From assembly GCF_009914755.1 (NCBI RefSeq), contig NC_060935.1: DNA of 64,000 nt, one strand, 5' to 3'. Below are positions 54,501 to 64,000 of this stretch, piece by piece (within the stretch, counting starts at the first letter, position 1; each line of letters begins with the position of its first letter). This stretch comes from the human T2T-CHM13v2.0 reference genome, Homo sapiens. Below the pieces are notes generated by a model that was not told the DNA's origin, made no database searches, and worked only from the letters and a program-made list of their open reading frames with translations. The translations under genes were made by a program, and so were the position numbers.

Positions 54501-56086
54501 CCACCTGAACTGTATCCACCTCCCAAGTTAGGTTCACCCCTTCAGTGCTCTTATAGTTTTTCTATTTTCATACTTACCATGTTGTTTTGTAATTATCTGC
54601 TTATGTATCTGTCTCCCCAACTTGAGCCCTTGAGGAATGATGATTGCATCTTACTCATTCTTTTCCTAGTGCCCAGCTTATAGAAAGCACGCGATAAGTG
54701 TTGAATAAAATAATTTGATGTTGGGAGGATCAATCAGGCAGGAGCAGGTGAGATGTTCTGCTTCAGTTTTCTCAGTGGGGCGCTTCCTGTTTCAGAAGCT
54801 TGCACCAGGGCTGGCCAGCAGCAACTGTTACAAACATGCTCCCTATGCAGAGCTGGAACCCTGCTCTGCAGCCACTCCATCAGTCTTAGCTTTGGCCTTT
54901 GAAACTATCCCAAATGATTTTGATCTCTGCTCTGCCTACAGGAGATGGTTTGGAGGAGTTCTAGTCAAGACTCCAGAAACCTGAGAACTGGATTCTGGTT
55001 TAGTGCAGGAAGCCTCAAACCTTTTAGTTTGTTGACTCCTTTCCACTTAATGGAAGAATTTTTAGATAAGATACCAATGATACCTTTCTAAAGTGCATTG
55101 CTGATTTATGCCAGAAGCCAACATATAAAGCTCTATCATTTTATAAACATGGAAGGAACTGAATATATAAATTATATAATTAATATATTATACATATTAA
55201 TTATATAATATATAATTTATATATTCAGTAACAATAGTGTATATTTGTTCAATCTTAAAAAATACTGTGAGGTAGATATTATCTTCATTGTAGAAAGGAG
55301 GAAACTGGCTAAGGGAGGTTAACTGAGGTGTTTTAGGGTCACACAGCTTATTTTTGAACTCATTACTGATTACTCTTCTGATACACTGTGGAGATTCTTT
55401 GATCTCACAATGGATCCACTGCGCTAATGGTCTTAGGACTCTAATTTTCATCTTTTATGTGAGAATTCTAATTTCTACTCCACTTCTATTTTCTGACAGT
55501 CATAGGACAAGTGGGAGCACTTACTTGGCTGCATAAAGGTTGCTCAAGTGTCACTTTACTCTGGAATGAAGGGGATATTCTGGTTAACTGCAAAAACATT
55601 TTCCTGGAGGGCACAGTGAGGTCTTACTTCAGATCTTAGTAAATGCAAATGGTTGTTTCAAGTTAGAACCTTGATTAAGTCCTTGATTTTTAATTTCCAT
55701 CCATGGCTTATACAACCTGAAACAGAAATACTGTTCAATTTGTTCCAACCTCAGCCTTCTTTTCATTGTGTCAGAGAACAGATATATAGAGCATCATACA
55801 CTTAAATCTCTGTGTAAGGAATGCAGTGAACAGGACAATCCTGATTCTTACTCCTTAATTAAGAGACTTAATTCAGATCCCTGCTCTTCCATTTACAAGC
55901 TATGTGACTTCCAGCCCCATTTTTTGGATCTGTTCATTAAAGGTTGTAAAAGTGTTTATAGAGAGGTTGTGACAAATAAACAAGATAACACATGAGAGCA
56001 TGTGGCATGGTACCTGGAATATGGTAAACTCTTAGTAAATATTAATATGTATATAAGGTGTTACTTCAGTAGGTGCTAGGCGTGTG

Positions 56087-56089
<3 letters not shown>

Positions 56090-56118
<29 letters not shown>
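56090..56118. repeat. (CA)n microsatellite
   Basis: Direct reading. Confidence 0.95.
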
Positions 56119-56120
<2 letters not shown>

Positions 56121-57334
56121 TGGAATGTTGGATTAGATAGGTGACATCTACAATTCTGCAAATCTCTCCTAAAAAGTAAAATATCTATCCATGTATCTTC
56201 TCAAATGCTTGGTGTATGTCCCACATTCATACAGTAGCTGCTTCATAAATGCATGATGAGAGATGAAATGTGTGGAAGATTGAATGAATGGATGGAGGGT
56301 GGATTTGAGTGATTAAAAGCAAAAACAAACCAAACAGGTACCAAAGACATCACCCTCTCTGTCCTGGAAAACCAAGAAGTGTGTTGTCAGAAAACAGTGA
56401 GCAATGGCATTCCAGTCTATTGTGCTGAGACTGGATAAGACTGGGAAGTGCCTGACCCAGGGGATGGTTCCAAAAGCAGTCACTCACAATTTCTTCCTTA
56501 CTGTGATGCACACAGCAAAACAGGGACCACACATGCTATCCTTTGTTGAATTTTTCCCTTCTGGCTTTTTCTTCATCTTTGGATTTAGTGTTTCCTTTTG
56601 TTTTGCAGGCCATTCTCAGGATCAAGTTAAGGTATTTACCTGCGTTGGCAGAATATTTCAGGGACATCTGTCCTGAAGCAGTCCAGTGGTGACAATTCCC
56701 TATACTATTCTTTCAGTTTAGACTTATATCTGGACAATCTAGGCAAGGAACTATCATTTATTGATCCCTTACCATGTCAAAGGTCTTCACATTCTAACTC
56801 ATCTCATCTCTATAACAACTCTAGGTATTATGACTTGTGTTTTATAGTTTAGGAAACTGAGGTTCGGAGTAGTTAAGTAACTTATCCAAGGTCAAACAGC
56901 TTCTAGATGGCAAAACCTGGACAGGAGTTTATGACTGCCCAAATCCAAAGCTCTTAACTCTCTTTATTCTCTATCACACTATTTTCTAACTAAAATGTTA
57001 GTTTTTTCTCTCCAGAATCCAAACTGGCTGACTAGACTTGTTATTTTATTTTTAATCCAGTTCTTTGGATGGTTTATGGTTTCACTACTAACATACCATT
57101 CTGTATGTAAATGCCAGCTTCAGATTTCTTTTAGCTCCGTTACTGGTGATTCATGGTGATTGAATGGAGCTTTCCTTAGGGAATTGAGATTTTATTCTTT
57201 GGGCATAAAATTTCTCTTCCTTTTAAACTCTCATCTCTGAAAGTGAAAATTTTAGAAAGTAAATCCTCTTATTTGCCAGTAGCATTTGTTTTCAGTTATC
57301 TGGTCTATCTTCTAGAATTACTGTTAGTCAAGAA

Positions 57335-57337
<3 letters not shown>

Positions 57338-57365
<28 letters not shown>
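57338..57365. repeat. Poly-T tract
   Basis: Direct reading. Confidence 0.95.
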
Positions 57366-57968
57366 CAAATTTCCTCCTTCAAGATGCATGTTATATCTTC
57401 TGAATGGTGACTTACCCTTTCATTTTCATGAAACTTAACATCTGTCATAGTAATAATTCATTTCCTGTCGATATATCTATTTGGCCACTGAAAGGAAGGA
57501 GAAATGAAAAAGAAACTGACTCATAGGCTGAACCAAGAATAGAAGCACCGTTTAATATTCCAGTCATGCTTCATTGACCTAGTGCTGAACAGAAGTGTGG
57601 CTCAATCAAAAGGTCAAACAGAGGGTAGTTTATATTTTTAATCAAAGCTGAAAATACGGGTACATTTTACTTTGTAGAATAAACAGATGGCTGAAATATT
57701 ATTTGAAAATATAAATGTAATTACATGTTTCAGTTGACTTATACTTTAAGGGCTGATTGGTCTTCAGTTTTTATTGACTTCCAGTTGGCAGGGACACCTA
57801 ATGCTTTAAGAAAGCCCTGAGCCCTCTGTCAATTCATTTTAGTCAACAAATCTTTATTGAGCATCTGCTATGTGTGAGGCACTATTCTAAGTCCTGGAAA
57901 GAGAGCAGTGGTTACAGACAAAAATACCTACTCTCATAGGGTTTATATCTAATAGAGAATATAGATTA

Positions 57969-58283
<315 letters not shown>

Positions 58284-59053
58284 GGCATATTAGACAGTGA
58301 TAAGTGTTAAGGAGAAAAAGCAAGGAAGGAGGCTATGAGATATCAAGGAAAAGGTGAAGTTTAAAACAAGGTTTCCATCCAGGGAAGAGATCACTGAGGA
58401 GTTGACTTTTGGGTATAGACATGAAAGAAGTAAGAAAGCCAATTATGCAGGCATCTATAGAGGGGGAAAACGTTCTGGGTAAAGGGAATGGTAATTGCAA
58501 AGGCCTGGAGGCATGAGTGTGTTGAGGAAGAACTAAGAGGCTGGTTTGGCTAGAGAAGAGTAAATGAGAGTAGCAGGAGATGAGGTCAGAGAAGTGGGGA
58601 AGGAGACGGCAGATCATTTAGATTCTTCTGAGCTATTTGTAAAATATTGGGGTTTTACTGTGTGTGAAGTGGGAAGCAATTGTGCAGGGTTCTGAGCAGA
58701 GAGCTTCGATGTGATCTGGCTTACATTTAAATAGGACCATTTTGGCTGCTGCATTGAGAATAGACATGTGGTGTTAAGGGCAGAAGCAAAGAAACCAGTT
58801 AGGAGGTTTCAGTGATCTGACAAGACAGTAGTATCTTGGATCAAGATGATAGCACTGTATATTCTGGATATATTGTGAAGAAAGAGCTCATAGTCTTTGG
58901 AGTGAGAGAAAGGGAAGAGATGACTCCAAGGGTTTGGGCCTGAATAATCAGAAGAATGGAGTTGTCATGAATAAGACAAGGATACAAAAGGAGGGGCTGT
59001 TTGGGGGCCATATCAAGAACTCGCTTTTGTTCATAAGAGCAAGAATATAATAC

Positions 59054-59276
59054 TGGTTGAGTATCCCTAATCTGAAATGCTTGGGACCAGAAGTGTTTCA
59101 GTTTGAAGATTTTTTTTTGGATTTTGGAATTAGTGGCTGAACCTCCCAAATCTGGAAATCTGAAATCTGAAATGCTTTAATGAGCATTTCCTTTGAATGT
59201 CATGTCAGTACTCAAAAAGCTTTGGATTTTGGAACATATTGGATTTTGGATTTTCAGATCTGAGATGCTCAACCTA
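59054..59276. mobile_element. Tigger4a/MER46-type element, followed by an L1M 3' end (~59277-59685)
   Basis: TIR-like ends ctggttgagtatccctaatctgaaa / tttcagatctgagatgctcaacct with TA flanks. Confidence 0.8.
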
Positions 59277-61600
59277 TAGTGGCTACCAGGGGCTGAGGGG
59301 TGGGGAAGATGAGGAGCTCTTGTTTAATGGGTATAAAGTTTCAGTTACATGGGATAAATCAGTTCTAGAGATCTGCTGTACAATGTAATGCCTATAGTTG
59401 ATGATATTGTATTGTGCACTTCAAAATTTGTTAAGAGAGTAGATTTCATATTAAGTTTTCTTAATACGCACACAAAACAAACAAAAGGACACAAGGAAAG
59501 TATGGGAGGTGTTGGACATGTCTCCCTCCTTGGTTGTTGTGATTGTATCATGGGTATTTGCATACATCCAAACCCAGCACATTAATTATGTGATGGGTTA
59601 TTACATATTTATTGCACATTTAATTCATCACATTAAATATGTACAATTCTTTGTATATCAGTTATACTTTGATACAGCTGTAGGAGGAAAAGGTACTCCG
59701 TTTTGGGCACTCTGAGTGCGAGATACCTTCAGGTATTCAATTGACCTTCAAGTAAGTACAGTCTAGAGCTCATTGGATGCTTATCATATGGCAGGAGGCA
59801 CTTTTCTAGTGTTTTTTTTTTCACATGTAATTTCATGTAATCCTCAGCATCGTCAGAAATAGGTACTATTATTATCCTTCTTAGAGGAGGAAACAGGCCC
59901 AGAGAGGTTAAACTACTATTGCATTTTTACACAGCTAAGAAGAGGTGGGGCTCGGGTTTGAACCTGAGCTGTCTGACACCAGAGCACACATGGACTGCTT
60001 CTGTTGCAAACCTGTTGATGTGTTGGGTGAGCTCCTATTGAATGCTCTTGAATGAAGTTTATCTTTTAAAAGTTCACATGTTCATTTACCAGGATTTTAT
60101 AGAGGGTGTGTTTCTAGCTCTGGCAGTCACACGCCCATGAATATCAGAGGCTCACCACCTCCAGGTGTACCTTTGTGGCTATAGGAAGGGTGGGGTTATT
60201 GCAAGTACTCCATTGGGCCGAGGGTGCTCTGCCCCCTTGTACAGTCTTGTTCTATACTGATCCATCTTGAGCTCTTCCTATTATCCTTATGCAAGCAGAC
60301 ATTTTCCATAAGGCACCAGGTTAGAGCTGGGAAAAATGGATCACCCAAAAACTGTGTTAACTCTGTTGAGCAACAGATTTTGTCCCCTGCATCTCAGTGA
60401 GTAGCGGAGATAAGAGGGTAGGGGATAGAGTCTTGCATCTCTGGGCGTATGGAGACATTGCTGCCAGACAGGCTGTTGGATTGGATGTGGTGCATGAGCC
60501 TGAGGAGAGCCCATCTCCTGTCTCAATGCCAGCTGTCCCTAGGGGTGGGAAGGAGGTGCCCAGGCCGACTACACCCTCCAGAGCTCCGCTCCTTGGGCAG
60601 AGGTGGCAGACCCACACATCCATCATCCAGCCCTAGTCTGTTCAGGAGCTCCTTCTCTGCAGCCAGCTTGGCTCCCAGGAAGGAAGACCAGCAGAACACT
60701 TAAACTTAATAACCCAGTAATGCAGTAAGTCCTACTTTGGGACAAGAGGAGGGACTTTGCTCTAACTCAGAACGTATACCTCCTTGAACGTGCCAAAATT
60801 CCTTTTTCCTTTATGACTGTTTAGTAAGTTAAAGTCCTTCATCTTTGCAGGTTCTTGCATTTGTCCCTATACCGACTTTATCACAGCTTGGTAAATGTGC
60901 CTTCCCTCTATGTTTGTGAGATGGCAGCACTGGTTTCAGGAAATCTGCTTGCTGTTATCTTAGTGTTTATAAGTAAGGGATCCAAGTCAACTTTGTTGAT
61001 TAAATGGACCAGGATGCATGGTTAAATAGGAACCCCATAATGAAATATCTACGGTTGATGTTTCTGAAAGATTGGGCATCCACTATGTTCTCGGGACACG
61101 CAGAAACACAGGGAAAAGAAAGCCAAGTTTGTGAACCATAAAAAACTTTTATTCTCATTCTTGGATATCTCCATTGTATCTAGAGCCATAGTATCCATCA
61201 TAGAACCAGATACAACTCCTTCATAGACATGAGGTGTTTGGGGTGGTTGATGACCTTACTTTCTGCTCCTTAGTGGACAGACTTCCCTCCTATACGAGTC
61301 CTGCACAGACTTATCTGAACTCTAGGGCCCAAGTTCCCATCATCTATCTAAGTCTCTGCAAGACAGCTTCCTGACTGGTTAACCCATTCCATCTGGTTCT
61401 CCTCTATCCTTTCTCTACTCTGAAGGCCTCTTTGGAAACCCTTCAGGACTCCCCAGTGCTCTTCAGATAAGGACACAGCTCCTTATCGTGCTCTACACAG
61501 CTCCTTATCCTGCATAATCTGTGTCCCTTCCCTTTCCAGCCTTATCTGGTTTCACTCAACTTGCAGGTCTTTAACTCTGGCCACTTTGGCTTCTTTCTGG

Positions 61601-61910
61601 TTTTTATTATTATTATTTTTTGAGACAGGGTCTTGCTCTGTTGCCCAGGCTTGGGTGCAGTGGTGCGATCTCAGCTCACTGCAGCCTCTGCCTCCTGGGC
61701 TCAAGCGATCCTCCCACCTCAGCATCCTGAGTAGACCACAGGCATGTGCCACCACGTCTGGCTAATTTTATGTATTTTTTTTTTTGCTTTTTGTAGAGAT
61801 GGGGTTTTGCCATGTTGCCCAGGCTGGTCTCAAATTTCTGAGTTCAAGTGATCCTCCTGTATCGGCCTTCCAAAGTGCTGGATTACAGGTGTGAGCCACC
61901 ATGCCCAGCC
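61601..61910 (-). mobile_element. AluJ
   Basis: Reverse Alu dimer. Confidence 0.9.
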
Positions 61911-62204
61911 TACTTTTTTTTTTTTTCTTTTTAAAATGTCCATGTTCTCTCCTATCATAGATCTTTGTACCTGCTGGGTGTTTTTTTTTTTTTTTTTTTT
62001 TTTGCCTTCCGTGATATTCCCAAGTAGGTCAACTGCCCATGATACTCTCTAGTAGCACCAAACACACCTTTCTTTGCTAATAAGTTGCAATTATACATTC
62101 ATTTGTGTGACTAATTGAGTGGCACCCAACTAGATTCTAAGTTCCCTGAAGGCAGGGGCCAGGACTATTGGTGCTCACCATTGAGTCCTGGTTGTCTAAC
62201 ACAA

Positions 62205-62425
62205 AGACAGCAAACTTGTTCTTTGAAGGGCTAAATAGTAAATATTTCGGGCTTTGTGGGCCATATTGTCTCTGTTGCTACTATTCAACTAAGCTATTTT
62301 AGCACAGAACAGCCACAGACAATACATAAATGAATGAGTATGGCTATGTTCCAAGAAAACTTAATTTATGAAAACAGGTGGTGGGCTGGATTTGGCTCAT
62401 GAGCTAGAGTTTGCCAAACCCTGGT
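62205..62425. mobile_element. MER58A
   Basis: cagcaaac..atagtaaatatttcgggctttgtgggccatattgtctctgttgctactattcaact..gtttgccaaaccctg. Confidence 0.85.
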
Positions 62426-63306
62426 GTAGCGTAATTCCAGCACTTAGTTTGTGATCAAAAAAATGTTGTTGAACAGTGAGCACTTGGCAAATATGGATTG
62501 AGCAGTGGCAGTAAAATGTGCGAACTGTGCAATCCTGTTCTTATTATGGCACAGCAGCCTAGATCTACACGTACAGACAGTTTTCAACTAATCTTTTTAT
62601 TGTCTCGGTGGTAGTGGTTGTTATTTACAATACTTAGTTTTTTAAGATTATAAAAATAACATGCTTATGGTGAAAATTTTTTTTTAGCATTTCAGAACTG
62701 TATAAAGAAAAGCTCCCACTTCTGAAAGATACTCAGTCTTTACAATTTGTGTGTATTTATGTAACATTCTAGAAATTTCCATAACACCTAGAGACACACG
62801 GACTATTTCATAACTTTTATTTTAGTTCCCAAGGTTCAGCATTTCTTTGAACTCTATGAGGCCACATCTAATAAGCCCCTCAAACAACCACCATACCAAT
62901 GGAGAAGAGTGTAGGGACCCCTTTAGTAGGTGAGTTTGCACATAAATGTGAACAATTTATTTTATTAAGCATTTTAACTTAGAAATAGAAGACCTCAGGA
63001 CTTCAAATATAAAGTCTACCTCATATTTTCCTTTTTAATTTTTCTTTAATTTTTTTTCTTCCACAGACATTTTCAGTTGTCCAGCTACATTGCATATTTC
63101 TTTCAAGAATATATAACTCACAGGTGGCTTGAAAAAATCTGACCTTCCTTCTCCTTCCCTGTTCCTGCACAGAAGGGCATTATCCTTTTCCTCTTAAAGG
63201 AGAGGAGGCAGAGGCCCAGGGAGTCACTGGTCTGCCCGAAGTCACAAGGCCAGTAAGCAGCAGAGCTGACAGATCTCCACATTTCTAATCTGGTGTTCTG
63301 TTACTA

Positions 63307-63845
<539 letters not shown>

Positions 63846-64000
63846 TTAGGTTGGATACAAAAATGAGAGTTATTATGTTACGGAAAAGAGTTAAGGGCTG
63901 TTAAGTCCCCTTCTCTAATGCTCTTTAAGATCTTTAAAATGAAGGGTGAATTTTGCCAGTTGGCTTTGGAGAAAGGCTATTTATTATGGTTATAATCTTG

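Noticed and set aside
61473-61509. Direct repeat acacagctccttatc x2
   Set aside because: Simple local slippage duplication in old repeat-derived DNA

Overview
Primate (human-like) genomic DNA, recognisable from its proteins as the chr11q21 KDM4F-SRSF8-ENDOD1 interval. The left ~31.6 kb is an old tandem array of a KDM4D/E-type intronless histone-demethylase unit. It holds one intact gene (KDM4F, 638 aa) and four decayed KDM4 pieces, one of them inverted. Two of the units carry an SRSF2 retrocopy: intact SRSF8, and the 3'UTR of a sister copy at the window start. Main observation: comparison with the 'empty' KDM4F unit shows the retrocopy landed on the predicted exon-1 splice donor of a KDM4 unit, with degenerate TSDs visible. 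It now sits directly behind that unit's promoter, which has paired DUX4-type motifs, while the resident KDM4 decayed. SRSF8 also has Arg at the SRSF2 P95 leukaemia-hotspot position, a 12x15-bp Tyr-rich repeat expansion, and apparently intact splice sites of a 3'UTR intron. The right ~32 kb is ordinary repeat-rich DNA containing the ENDOD1 CpG island, coding exon 1 and the start of its intron. Alignments were made by eye; repeat subfamily names and most repeat boundaries are approximate.
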